From Patescibacteria group bacterium (GTDB taxonomy: Bacteria; Patescibacteriota; Patescibacteriia; SG8-24; DYFX01), in the NCBI GenBank assembly GCA_041659045.1, contig JBAZZB010000002.1, positions 159,855 through 223,854 on the forward strand: a stretch of 64,000 nucleotides of DNA, in the 5' to 3' direction. Position numbers and translations under genes: made by a program. Shown one piece after another: positions 10,059 to 19,615 of this stretch. Positions within the stretch are counted from its first letter, which is position 1, and every line of letters begins with the position of its first letter. Below the pieces are notes generated by a model that was not told the origin of the DNA, did not search any database, and worked only from the letters and a program-made list of their open reading frames with translations.

Positions 10059-10337
10059 TTACTGTGTCGCCCTCTTCACGATCTCCGGAATGTCGGCCTC
10101 GGTTACACCACCCAACCAAACATCATCCGGTTGAATCGAAACGGTCACGCCCTCGGTACAACGATCAAGGCAACCGGATTTTGAAACGCGAATCGTTAAA
10201 TCCGTTTTCTTCATCTCTTCTTTCAACTTGAGATGCAGTTCTTTCGCACCCTTCATGGCACAGCACTCTTTGCCGTTTTCTTTCTGGTTGGTGCAGACGA
10301 AAACGACCTTCTTATATTTCTTGCCGATGTCTTGCAT
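10059..10337 (-). CDS. Thioredoxin-like [2Fe-2S] ferredoxin
   Basis: VFVCTN...CCAMKG...RVSKSGCLDRCTEGVTVSIQPDDVW...VTEADIPEIV pattern. Confidence 0.85.
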   Translation of the reverse strand: MQDIGKKYKKVVFVCTNQKENGKECCAMKGAKELHLKLKEEMKKTDLTIRVSKSGCLDRCTEGVTVSIQPDDVWLGGVTEADIPEIVKRATQ

Positions 10338-10385
10338 AGTGCGTACACAATAAAGAAAAAGACCCGCGCGCGCAATGGCGGCAGG

Positions 10386-10757
10386 TCAGTCGGTGGCGGC
10401 ATCCTCGGGGGACGGCAGAACGATCGATTGGGCGGCGACACGGGCACGCTCCTCGAGCGTTTCTCTCCGCCCGAGCGTGCGTCCGGCCTCGGCGCCGAGC
10501 AAGAAGATGGTTTCCAAGAGCGTGAACTCGTAGCCCTCGGTCGCCCGGCCGTGATGGCACGTGCGATCGAAGGCCAGAGCGACCTCGTGCGCCGTCGAAT
10601 CCTTGAACACGGGCGCGTGCGTCGAGATTGGCTGGCCGAGCTCCACCATCTCGCCGCGCAGTTTCTCCGGATCTTTCGTGTTCGTCAGATAGACCCGGAG
10701 CGTGCCATCCTCGTCGGATCGGTAGAGAACGAAGCAGGCATTCCGATGATTGATCAC
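10386..10757 (-). CDS. Hypothetical protein (orphan)
   Basis: GGAGGT SD, GTG start, TTGACA upstream. Confidence 0.5.
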   Translation of the reverse strand: MINHRNACFVLYRSDEDGTLRVYLTNTKDPEKLRGEMVELGQPISTHAPVFKDSTAHEVALAFDRTCHHGRATEGYEFTLLETIFLLGAEAGRTLGRRETLEERARVAAQSIVLPSPEDAATD

Positions 10758-10821
10758 GTGCTTACCTCCGAACCGACCCTAAAAGAAAAACGCCCGGGTG
10801 TCAACCCCGGGCGCATTCTCT

Positions 10822-13800
10822 TCAGTTCTTAGCGATACCAATCTTCAGCGTCTGATCCCCCGCCTCGACTTCCCCTGTCGCGAGTGCGCCGTCGAGGCCT
10901 TCTTTCATTGCATCAGCTTTGACGTCGGTGAGGGCGTCCGTGCCGTGCGCGCCCATGACCTCTTTCCAGAAGCCGTCGAGTCCGTCGACAAGGAGCGTGA
11001 TGCGATCCTGGATCGTGAGCTTCGCTTCTTTGCGGAGCGCGTTCACGGCGCGCGTCAGTTCGCGAGCGGCGCCTTCACGCTTGAGTTCGGGGGTGAGCTC
11101 CGTGTCGAGCTCGACTTCAAACTCGTCGTCTTTCTCGTATGTCGCTTTCTTAACGTTCACTTCCTCAGCAACGATCTCGAGCATCCAATCTTCGAACGTC
11201 CATTCTGCTTCGATCTCCAGACCGGCAAGCACTTGGCGAACATTGATGCCAGCCTTCGCGCGCTTCTCGAGCCCCATCGAGCAAGCTTGACGCACACGCT
11301 TCATCTGCGATGTCAGATTCTCATCAATTGATCCGACCTGCGGCCATTCGTCCAAATGCACCGACTCCTTCTCTCCACCGACTTCGCGGTACAGTCCTTC
11401 CGCGATGTGTGGCGTGAAAGGTGCAAGGAGTTTGGAGACGGTCAGAAGCGTGTGACCGAGCGTCGCGATGGCAGAAGCTTTTTCTTCGTCGGTTCCGTTC
11501 TTGAAACGATCGCGGCTGCGGCGGACGTACCAGGTTGAAAGGTCATTGGTGAAGTCAGCAATTGCGCGACCAGCCGTAACGACGTCGAACTTCTCCAGGC
11601 AATCGGTGACGGTTTTGGTGACGCTCGAAAGTTCGGAGAGTACCCAAGCGTCGAGGGTATGTGCCGGCTTCGGCGCCTCAACAACAGCTTTCGCATTCTC
11701 GCCAGCATACATTTTCCAGAACGATTGCACGTTCCAAAGAATCAAGAACAGTTTCTTGATGACGCCGTCGACCTCCTTCTCGTCGAAGCGCTTGGCTTCG
11801 CCGGGTTGGTTCACGGTGAAAAGATGGAAACGTACCGCGTCAGCGCCGTACTTGGCGAACATGTCCCACGGATTCACCACGTTACCTTTCGATTTCGACA
11901 TCTTCTGGCCTTTGGAGTCCAAAAGATGACCGAGGCAGATGACGTTCTTGTAGGCCGGTTCGCGGCCGAGAAGCGTCGAAACGGCGAGGAGCGTGTAAAA
12001 CCAACCACGCGTCTGGTCGATGGCTTCGGAAATAAAGTCGGCAGGATACGCTTCGCCAGAATCGACTTTTTCCTTGTTCTCAAACGGATAGTGCCACTGC
12101 GCGAACGGCATAGCACCCGAGTCGAACCAAACGTCCATGACTTCAGGCACGCGCTTCATTTCTTTGCCGCATTCGCACGCAATCGTGACAGCGTCGATGA
12201 ACGGCTTGTGCACGTCGAGAGCGCCCTTGTGATCGAACGGCCAGTTCGGAACGGTAAACTCGCGGCCACTGCCCGTTTCCGGATAGCGCGCGCCAAAGTT
12301 TTCGAGCACGCCGGCATTCCACGTACCGCTCAGTGCGGCGTCGAGCACCCAAAGCGGATCGCCGTGCGAGACGATGGCGATCTTCTTGCCTTCATGCGTG
12401 CGGTCGTATTCAAGCACCGCCGCAACCATGCGGGCGCGGACGTCTTCGAGGCACTCCCCTCCTTCGACTGCCTTCGTCATTTTTTCGTCGAGCGATGCGA
12501 ACTGCTTGTTGTACTCCTCTTCGCTCTTACCGTTGAACACGCCAACATTGATTTCGCGCAGACGCGGGTCGAATTTCAACTCGGCACCGGTGATCTCGGC
12601 GAGGAGCTGCGCGGTTTGCGTCGTGCGCTTCAAATCGGAGGCGTAAATAATATCAACGCCGTCTTCTTTCATTCTCTCAGCCGTCGCACGCACCGCCGCT
12701 TCACCTTCCGGCGTCAGGTGGACTTCAAGATCCGTTCGTTCCGGCCAGCACGAGATGTAACCGTTCTGGTTCGACATCGCGCGACCATGACGCACCATGA
12801 AGAAACGGTTCTTCCGGAAACGCTTTTCGTTCATTTCAGCGAGCGAGCCGACGACATGCGTTTTACCGCATTCGCACTCCCAAATCGGCAGCGGCGTGCC
12901 CCAATAGCGGTCGCGAGAGATCGCCCAATCCTTGATACCGCGCAGCCATTCGCCGAAGCGGCCGTCCTTGATGTGCGCCGGTTCCCAGTTGATCTTTTCG
13001 TTGTTAGCGACAAGCTCCTTCTGCAGCTTGCTCATGGCGATGAACCACGAATCTTTCGGGTAATAGAGGAGCGGCGTCGAGCAGCGCCAGCAGAACGGAT
13101 AATCGTGCGTGTATTTTTCTTCCTTGTAGAGGAGTCCGCGATCGGAAAGATCCTTCACGATGTCAGCATCAGTATCTTTCACGAAACGTCCGGCCCACGG
13201 CGTGACTTCCGGAATGAAGGCGCCGTCCAAACCAACCGTCATCAAAACAGGGAAATCGTGTTCCTTGATGACGTTCATGTCGTCCTCACCAAACGGAGCC
13301 ATGTGCACGATGCCGGAGCCGTCGGTCGTCGAAACGAACGAACCCGCCACGACCCAGTGTGCTGGCTTTTCAAGCGGCAAGAAAGAATAGAGCGGTTCGT
13401 ATTGCTGTCCGACGAGATCGGAACCCTTCAACTCTTCGACAATCTCGGCATCTTCAAGCAAGCCAACGCGAGCTTTCGCGACAAAATAGAAATCTCCGCC
13501 CTTCTTGGCTTTGACGTATTCAAGATCGGCACCGACGGCGAGCGCGGTGTTCGAAGGGAGCGTCCATGGCGTCGTCGTCCAGGCGAGGAAATAGGTATTC
13601 GCTTCGTCCTTCACCTTGAAACGGACGTAGACAGAAGTCTCCGTCACTTCCTTATATCCCTGCGCGACTTCGTGCGACGAAAGCGCTGTGCCGCAGCGCG
13701 CGCAGTACGGGACGATCTTGTAGCCTTTGTAGAGAAGATTCTTTTTCTCAACTTCGGCGACGATATTCCAAACGGATTCGATGAACTCGTTCTTGTAGGT

Positions 13801-14232
13801 GACGTAGGGGTGCTCCAAATCGACCCAGTAGCCCATGCGTTTCGTCATCTGCACCCACTCGTCGAGATACTTCCAGACGGACTCGCGGCACTTCTCGTTA
13901 AACTTTTCGACGCCGTAGGCTTCGACGTCTTTCTTATTCTTCAACCCAAGCTGTTTCTCGACTTCGAGTTCGACTGGCAAGCCGTGCGTATCCCAGCCGG
14001 CTTTGCGATCGACATGGTAGCCCTGCATCGTCTTGAAACGCGGGATCAAATCCTTGAAGGCGCGGGCCAAAACATGGTGAATACCAGGCTTGCCGTTGGC
14101 GGTCGGGGGGCCTTCGAAAAAGACAAAAGAGCCTTTTGGGGCTGGTTTTTCAAGCGTTTTCTTGAAAATTCCCTTTTCTTCCCATTCGGCGAGGAGTTGT
14201 TCTTCAAGTTGTGGGAAATTGGGGGCAGCCAT
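10822..14232 (-). CDS. ileS: Isoleucine--tRNA ligase (type 2-like) with inserted histidine phosphatase domain
   Basis: EGPPTANGKPGIHH (HIGH), GWDTHGLPVE, WTTTPWTLPSN, DWAISRDRYWGTP, DQTRGWFY, KMSKS; internal RHG...SDL.R..QTA...E...G...SHGD domain. Confidence 0.95.
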   Translation of the reverse strand: MAAPNFPQLEEQLLAEWEEKGIFKKTLEKPAPKGSFVFFEGPPTANGKPGIHHVLARAFKDLIPRFKTMQGYHVDRKAGWDTHGLPVELEVEKQLGLKNKKDVEAYGVEKFNEKCRESVWKYLDEWVQMTKRMGYWVDLEHPYVTYKNEFIESVWNIVAEVEKKNLLYKGYKIVPYCARCGTALSSHEVAQGYKEVTETSVYVRFKVKDEANTYFLAWTTTPWTLPSNTALAVGADLEYVKAKKGGDFYFVAKARVGLLEDAEIVEELKGSDLVGQQYEPLYSFLPLEKPAHWVVAGSFVSTTDGSGIVHMAPFGEDDMNVIKEHDFPVLMTVGLDGAFIPEVTPWAGRFVKDTDADIVKDLSDRGLLYKEEKYTHDYPFCWRCSTPLLYYPKDSWFIAMSKLQKELVANNEKINWEPAHIKDGRFGEWLRGIKDWAISRDRYWGTPLPIWECECGKTHVVGSLAEMNEKRFRKNRFFMVRHGRAMSNQNGYISCWPERTDLEVHLTPEGEAAVRATAERMKEDGVDIIYASDLKRTTQTAQLLAEITGAELKFDPRLREINVGVFNGKSEEEYNKQFASLDEKMTKAVEGGECLEDVRARMVAAVLEYDRTHEGKKIAIVSHGDPLWVLDAALSGTWNAGVLENFGARYPETGSGREFTVPNWPFDHKGALDVHKPFIDAVTIACECGKEMKRVPEVMDVWFDSGAMPFAQWHYPFENKEKVDSGEAYPADFISEAIDQTRGWFYTLLAVSTLLGREPAYKNVICLGHLLDSKGQKMSKSKGNVVNPWDMFAKYGADAVRFHLFTVNQPGEAKRFDEKEVDGVIKKLFLILWNVQSFWKMYAGENAKAVVEAPKPAHTLDAWVLSELSSVTKTVTDCLEKFDVVTAGRAIADFTNDLSTWYVRRSRDRFKNGTDEEKASAIATLGHTLLTVSKLLAPFTPHIAEGLYREVGGEKESVHLDEWPQVGSIDENLTSQMKRVRQACSMGLEKRAKAGINVRQVLAGLEIEAEWTFEDWMLEIVAEEVNVKKATYEKDDEFEVELDTELTPELKREGAARELTRAVNALRKEAKLTIQDRITLLVDGLDGFWKEVMGAHGTDALTDVKADAMKEGLDGALATGEVEAGDQTLKIGIAKN

Positions 14233-14316
14233 AAAAGTGTTTTTGCGAGATATAAAGGTACATTAGAGTGGTTTTTAAGGCTTGTAAATGGTCGAAATGT
14301 TGTATACTAGCGCCAT

Positions 14317-14763
14317 ATGATCTACCTCGGTTCCGACCACGCCGGGTTTGGCCTTAAACAGGCCGTTATCCGCCATCTGGATGCTTCAGGAAAAGAATAT
14401 ACGGACCTCGGCAACACCGAGCTCAATCCGACCGATGATTATCCGGATTACGCATTTGCCGTTGGCGAGGCGGTTGTTCAAAACCCCGGGTCGTTCGGCG
14501 TGCTGGTCTGCGGATCGGCGCAGGGCGTCTGCATTGCCGCCAACAAGGTGAAGGGTATCCGCGCCGTCACAGCCCTCTCTCACGAAGAGGCGATCAAAAC
14601 GCGCGAGCACAACAACGCCAATATCGTATGCCTCTCCGGCTGGAACACGGGTGAAGATGATGCTTTCGCGATCGTCGACACCTTCCTTGCCACGCCATTC
14701 ACCGACGATGGTCGTCACGCGCGTCGCATTGAAAAAATCGCCGCTTACGAAAACCATGGTTGA
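14317..14763 (+). CDS. rpiB: Ribose-5-phosphate isomerase B
   Basis: GSDHAG, DDYPD, CGSAQGVCIAANKVKGIRA, REHNNAN, RHARRI. Confidence 0.93.
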   Translation: MIYLGSDHAGFGLKQAVIRHLDASGKEYTDLGNTELNPTDDYPDYAFAVGEAVVQNPGSFGVLVCGSAQGVCIAANKVKGIRAVTALSHEEAIKTREHNNANIVCLSGWNTGEDDAFAIVDTFLATPFTDDGRHARRIEKIAAYENHG

Positions 14764-15397
14764 GATCATTCCGGCCATCTTGGCCAAAGACGAAAAAGAA
14801 TTCCGCCGAAAAATCGATTCCATCACCGATCTCTGCGAAACGGTGCAGATCGATGTCATGGACGGAGTCTTTGTCGACAACATCACCTGGGCCGACCCGA
14901 AACGCATCGATCTCATGCGCCTGCCGATGGCGTACGAAGTGCACTTAATGGTAAAAGACCCGCTCGCCAGCCTCGACGCCTGGTCGGTGGCCGGATGCAT
15001 GCGCGCAATCGTGCACGCGGAGGCGGTCGACGATGCTGCTGAAGTACTTCGCCAGATCAAACTCTACGGTATGGAGGCCGGGCTCTCAATTAACCCGGAA
15101 ACATCGATCGCTTCTATTGAAGACGCCATCTCTGAAGCGGATGTTGTGCAAGTCATGGGAGTGCATCCGGGTTGGATGGGTCAGGAATTCCAAACCGTCG
15201 CGATTGAGAAGGTTCGCAAGCTTCGCGAGAAGTTCCCCGAACTCGTGATCGAAGTCGATGGCGGTGTTGCTGTTGGTACCGCACGCGAACTGGCGGAAGC
15301 GGGTGTGGATCGTCTCGTTTCCGGCAGCGCTGTCTTCAATTCCGGCGCTCCTGCCAAGTCGATTGAGGCGCTGCGCGCGGACGCTGAACTTGAGTAG
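14756..15397 (+). CDS. rpe: Ribulose-phosphate 3-epimerase
   Basis: IIPAIL, IDVMDGVFV, EVHLMV, MGVHPG, IEVDGG, SGSAVF. Confidence 0.92.
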   Translation: MVEIIPAILAKDEKEFRRKIDSITDLCETVQIDVMDGVFVDNITWADPKRIDLMRLPMAYEVHLMVKDPLASLDAWSVAGCMRAIVHAEAVDDAAEVLRQIKLYGMEAGLSINPETSIASIEDAISEADVVQVMGVHPGWMGQEFQTVAIEKVRKLREKFPELVIEVDGGVAVGTARELAEAGVDRLVSGSAVFNSGAPAKSIEALRADAELE

Positions 15398-15398
15398 C

Positions 15399-15596
15399 AT
15401 GCGTACTCGCACGCACGCCGCGATCGCGCTCACATTCGCGTTGATCGTTGCAGCCATCTTCATCATCACGCGCGTTCCCGAAGAAAAAGCCCACGTCGTC
15501 TCCCCCGCTGCCGCTTCCTGGGCGCCTCCGGACTGGACTGCGCCGAGCGCGCCACCACCGAATCCACAACTTCCGCCATCGAAAAGCACCCCTTGA
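15399..15596 (+). CDS. Small membrane protein with Pro-rich tail
   Basis: ATG immediately after the rpe stop; one TM helix. Confidence 0.5.
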   Translation: MRTRTHAAIALTFALIVAAIFIITRVPEEKAHVVSPAAASWAPPDWTAPSAPPPNPQLPPSKSTP

Positions 15597-15629
15597 CCAG
15601 GGGTGTTTTTTGGCCTATACTGGCCTATT

Positions 15630-17375
15630 ATGCGAGCCATTAGCCACTTCCTCATTCGTCTGCTCACCCCCTATAAGAAGACCATTCTTTGGTGTTCTTT
15701 GCTTGCGATTGCGGCCGCGGCTCTGAGCCTCCTCTCACCTATTGCGCTCGGAAAAGCGATCGACGCGGCCAGCCACAAGGAAGCACTCTGGATCGTGCTT
15801 GGCAGTATCTTCGCCTGGCTTCTTCTCGGACATCTTGCCTCGCGTCTGCGCGGCTATTTGAACCGCGAGGGCAACAACATCGCCTACGAAGCCGTAAACG
15901 CGTACAAGCTCGAAGCCGTCGCGGCACTTGTCCGCAAACCTCTCTCCTTCCATTACGGCAAACGCGGCGGCGACGTCACGGAACGCTTGTCGAAATTCGA
16001 AGACGAGCTCGTGAATGTCATCAGCGGCGTCATTTTTGATCTTGGTCCGACGGCGCTCACGATCGTGGCGATTCTCGCCTACCTCACCTGGCTCGACTGG
16101 AAAGTCGCGCTCTTGCTCGGTCTCTCGATTGCCGGCGTCGTCTTCGAAAAAATTCGCACGCTGCCAGCTGCCATGAAAAGCCAAACCGCCTGGCGCGGAG
16201 CCGATCGCGAAGTCGGTTCGACGGCGTGGGATGCGATCAAAAATATTCTTGTCGTGAAATCAACCTCGGCAGAGGCACGTCTTTCGACACGACTCGCGGC
16301 ACTCCGTGAAAAGCTGATGAAGACCGTTCGTTTCGACAACGCCCTCGACGAGCAGATGCACAACAATCAAAACCTGATCATTCAGGTCGGCACAGCACTC
16401 GTACTCGGTGTCGCGCTTCTGAACGTTCATGCAGGCACGTTCTCCATCGGCCAATTTACGGCGATCTCCGCCTACGCTCTGACCGTGTTCGGACACGTTG
16501 GCTGGATTCAGTGGCAGATGCGCAACCTCACTCGCGCGGCCGCAAACCAAAAGGAAATGGAGAAAATCATGGAGGAGCCTGAGGAGGCTTACGACGCCGG
16601 ACGTGATGCCGATATCAAAGGAGGTCTGGAATTCCGCAATGTTCGTTATCGCTACCGCGATGACGTGCCCGTGCTGGAAGATATTTCTTTCTCGGTAAAA
16701 CCAGGCGAGCGCATCGCGCTTGTCGGAGAATCCGGCGAAGGAAAGACGACGTTGATCGACTTAATCGGCCGCTATCACCTGCCGCAAAGCGGAACAATCT
16801 TGTACGACGGTGTCGACGCAAAAGACGTGAACCTTCGCTCACTGCGTTCACAGATCGGCCTCGTGCCGCAGGACTTACCGATGCTCCATGAGTCTGTCGG
16901 CGAGAACATCCGTTATGGACGCCCAGATGCGACCGACGAAGAGCTCCGCGAAGCCGCGCGTCTCGCGAGCCTTGAACCGTTCATCGCCAGCCTGCCGGAC
17001 GGCTACGACACGCTCGTCGGCGAGCGCGGCATGAAACTTTCGGGCGGACAGCGCCAGCGCGTCGCCTTGGCCCGCGCCTTCCTGCGGAATCCGAAAATCC
17101 TGATCCTCGACGAGCCGACATCCAACCTCGACAGTAAAACAGAGGAAGAAATTCAGCGCTCTCTGGAGATCCTGATGCGCGGACGCACGACGTTCATCAT
17201 CGCGCACCGCCTCAGCACCGTTCGCGACGCCGATCGTATCTTGGTTATCAAAGGTGGGCGGGTTGCTGAGCAAGGACGCCACGACGAGCTCGTCGCGAAG
17301 AATGGCGCCTACGCCGCGCTGCTCCGCTCGCAAGGCGGCTTGGTCGCGACGGATGAAATAAAAAAAGAGGAATAA
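15630..17375 (+). CDS. ABC exporter, fused permease/ATPase (MsbA-like)
   Basis: Multi-TM N-terminus, GESGEGKT, LSGGQRQR, ILDEPTS, AHRLST. Confidence 0.93.
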   Translation: MRAISHFLIRLLTPYKKTILWCSLLAIAAAALSLLSPIALGKAIDAASHKEALWIVLGSIFAWLLLGHLASRLRGYLNREGNNIAYEAVNAYKLEAVAALVRKPLSFHYGKRGGDVTERLSKFEDELVNVISGVIFDLGPTALTIVAILAYLTWLDWKVALLLGLSIAGVVFEKIRTLPAAMKSQTAWRGADREVGSTAWDAIKNILVVKSTSAEARLSTRLAALREKLMKTVRFDNALDEQMHNNQNLIIQVGTALVLGVALLNVHAGTFSIGQFTAISAYALTVFGHVGWIQWQMRNLTRAAANQKEMEKIMEEPEEAYDAGRDADIKGGLEFRNVRYRYRDDVPVLEDISFSVKPGERIALVGESGEGKTTLIDLIGRYHLPQSGTILYDGVDAKDVNLRSLRSQIGLVPQDLPMLHESVGENIRYGRPDATDEELREAARLASLEPFIASLPDGYDTLVGERGMKLSGGQRQRVALARAFLRNPKILILDEPTSNLDSKTEEEIQRSLEILMRGRTTFIIAHRLSTVRDADRILVIKGGRVAEQGRHDELVAKNGAYAALLRSQGGLVATDEIKKEE

Positions 17376-17412
17376 AAGAGCCCCGTTCAACCGGGGCTTT
17401 TGCGTACGGCAC

Positions 17413-17646
17413 CTAGGACGCGTGACCGAACCGCTTCAACGCCGTTTCGTATGCCTCGCTGCCCTTGTATGCGATGTCGCAGCGCTGGGTTCCGTAACTT
17501 CCCTGCTCGCCGTCGTACGCGATCGTGATCTCTTCGCGCGGCATACTTTTGCGCACCAGATAATGCGGCTCGGCGACTTCTCCCAACTTGCCGGTCTTGG
17601 TGTTGATGACGCGGGTTCCGACATCCAAATGCACGTCGTCACGCAT
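17413..17646 (-). CDS. Hypothetical small protein (orphan)
   Basis: CAGGAGG SD; convergent terminator at about 17375-17402. Confidence 0.5.
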   Translation of the reverse strand: MRDDVHLDVGTRVINTKTGKLGEVAEPHYLVRKSMPREEITIAYDGEQGSYGTQRCDIAYKGSEAYETALKRFGHAS

Positions 17647-17695
17647 GAAAGGCCTCCTGAGAAAACCTGCGATTGTGCTATACTTTTCTTACCAT

Positions 17696-18562
17696 ATGTC
17701 ACACCAAAGCGACAAGCGCATCAAAGAACTGGAACTCATCGCCAACACGCTCCGACGGCACGTGATTGAAATGGTCTCGCACGCCGGCAGCGGCCACCAA
17801 GGTGGACCGCTTGGCATGGCTGATGTTTTTGCTGTGCTCTATTTTCACGCGCTCAATCACGATCCGAAGAACCCGGAATGGGAAGATCGCGATCGTCTGA
17901 TTCTTTCGAACGGCCACACCTGCCCAATCCGCTACGCCGCCATGGCCGAAGCGGGCTACTTCCCTGTCGATGAACTCAAGACGCTCCGACGACTCGGCAC
18001 GCGTCTTCAAGGACACCCGGAACGCCTCAAGCTGCCAGGCTCAGAGACGACCTCGGGACCGCTCGGGGCTGGGCTTGCGCAAGCCGCCGGGCTCGCCTAC
18101 GCCGCCAAGATGGACAAGAAAAAGTGGCGCGTGTTTTGCCAGACATCCGACGGTGAGCACGAAGCCGGTCTCCACTGGGAAGCGATGCTTTTCGCCGGCA
18201 AGTATCGCCTCGATAATCTCGTCTGCATCGTCGACCGCAACAACATTCAAATCGACGGGCGCACCGAGGACATCATGCCGCTTGAGCCGCTCCGCGATAA
18301 ATACGAGGCGTTCAACTGGCACGTTGTTGAATGCAACGGCAACGACGTCGAAGCGGTCGTGGCGGCATTCGAAGCCACGAAGTCGCTCTTCGATAAACCG
18401 ATCTGCATTTTGACCCACAATATCCCGGGCAAAGGCGTCTCCTACATGGAAAACAACTTCCTGTGGCACAGCCAACCCTTTAAGCCCGGTGAAGCGGAAG
18501 CTGCGTACGCCGAACTCGACGCCGCAAAAAAGCAGCTGAAAGCCGAACTTGCCAAGCTATGA
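17696..18562 (+). CDS. Transketolase N-terminal (TPP-binding) subunit
   Basis: SGHQGG, DRLILSNGH, LQGHP, SDGEHEAG, GKGVSYMEN; start after TGCTATACT. Confidence 0.93.
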   Translation: MSHQSDKRIKELELIANTLRRHVIEMVSHAGSGHQGGPLGMADVFAVLYFHALNHDPKNPEWEDRDRLILSNGHTCPIRYAAMAEAGYFPVDELKTLRRLGTRLQGHPERLKLPGSETTSGPLGAGLAQAAGLAYAAKMDKKKWRVFCQTSDGEHEAGLHWEAMLFAGKYRLDNLVCIVDRNNIQIDGRTEDIMPLEPLRDKYEAFNWHVVECNGNDVEAVVAAFEATKSLFDKPICILTHNIPGKGVSYMENNFLWHSQPFKPGEAEAAYAELDAAKKQLKAELAKL

Positions 18563-19551
18563 TCCGCAAAGAAGCAAAATTGGTCGACCCGCTTCTCGAT
18601 CCGAAAATCGAGCAGAAACCGACGCGTGACGGCTATGGCCACGGCGTTGTTGAAGCAGCCGAAAAAAATCCGAACGTGGTCGTTGTGTGCGCCGACCTGA
18701 CGGATTCGACGCGTAACGCTGATTTCAAAAAGAAGTTCCCGGATCGCTTCGTGCAAGTTGGCGTCCACGAGCAATTCTTGGCCGCGGGCGCAGCCGGACT
18801 CGCCCTCGGCGGCAAGATCCCCTTCATCACCTCGTACGCCATGTTCTGCCCCGGTCGCGCTTGGGAACAAGTGCGCACCAACATTGCCCTCAACGAGGCG
18901 AACGTGAAGATCATTGGCAGCCACGCCGGCGTCTCGGTCGGCCCCGACGGTGCAACGCACCAAGCGATCGAAGACATCGCGATCATGCGGCCGATCCCAG
19001 GCATGGTGATTCTCGCCCCTTGCGATGCGTTGGAAGCCAAAAAAGCCACGCTCGCGATTGCTGAATACAAAGGTCCCTGCTACGTGCGCTTCGCTCGAGA
19101 AAAATCGCCTGTTTTTACCACCGAAGAAACGCCGTTCGAAATCGGCAAAGCCGTAACGCTCCGCTCCGGCAAAGACGTCGCGATCATCGCCTGCGGTCCT
19201 CTGGTCTACCAGGCGCTCGTCGCGGCCGAACAGATGGCCGATGAAGGCCTCGACGTTATGGTGGTGAACTCCCACACGATCAAACCCCTCGACGAAAAAG
19301 CCGTGCTGCACGCCGCCGAGGCCTGCGACGCGATCGTCACGGTCGAGGAACACCAGATCACTGGAGGTCTGGGAGGCGCGGTGGCTGAATATCTCGCCAA
19401 GACCCGACCAACAATTCAGGAATTCGTCGGCGTCCCCAATGTTTTCGGGGAATCCGGCGAACCAAATGAGCTGCTTCGCCATTTCGGCATGGACGCCCCG
19501 GCCATTCGGCAGGCCGTGCGAAAGGCTTACAAGCGGAAAACGCAGCGATAG
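18559..19551 (+). CDS. Transketolase C-terminal subunit
   Basis: ADLTDST, RAWEQVR, GPDGATHQAIED, TIKPLD, TVEEH; ATGA overlap. Confidence 0.93.
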   Translation: MIRKEAKLVDPLLDPKIEQKPTRDGYGHGVVEAAEKNPNVVVVCADLTDSTRNADFKKKFPDRFVQVGVHEQFLAAGAAGLALGGKIPFITSYAMFCPGRAWEQVRTNIALNEANVKIIGSHAGVSVGPDGATHQAIEDIAIMRPIPGMVILAPCDALEAKKATLAIAEYKGPCYVRFAREKSPVFTTEETPFEIGKAVTLRSGKDVAIIACGPLVYQALVAAEQMADEGLDVMVVNSHTIKPLDEKAVLHAAEACDAIVTVEEHQITGGLGGAVAEYLAKTRPTIQEFVGVPNVFGESGEPNELLRHFGMDAPAIRQAVRKAYKRKTQR

Positions 19552-19615
19552 CATGAACGCCCCGGAAACGGGGCGTTTGTGTTATACTTTCTGCGAAATC
19601 ACTAGTTTTCCACCT

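Noticed and set aside
11659-14310. 883-aa plus-strand ORF
   Set aside because: Antisense shadow of ileS; no recognisable motifs. The same applies to other long antisense ORFs such as 2741-3751 and 18442-19554.
14233-14316. T-box riboswitch for ileS
   Set aside because: The intergenic region is only 84 nt, shared with divergent rpiB, with no T-box motif.
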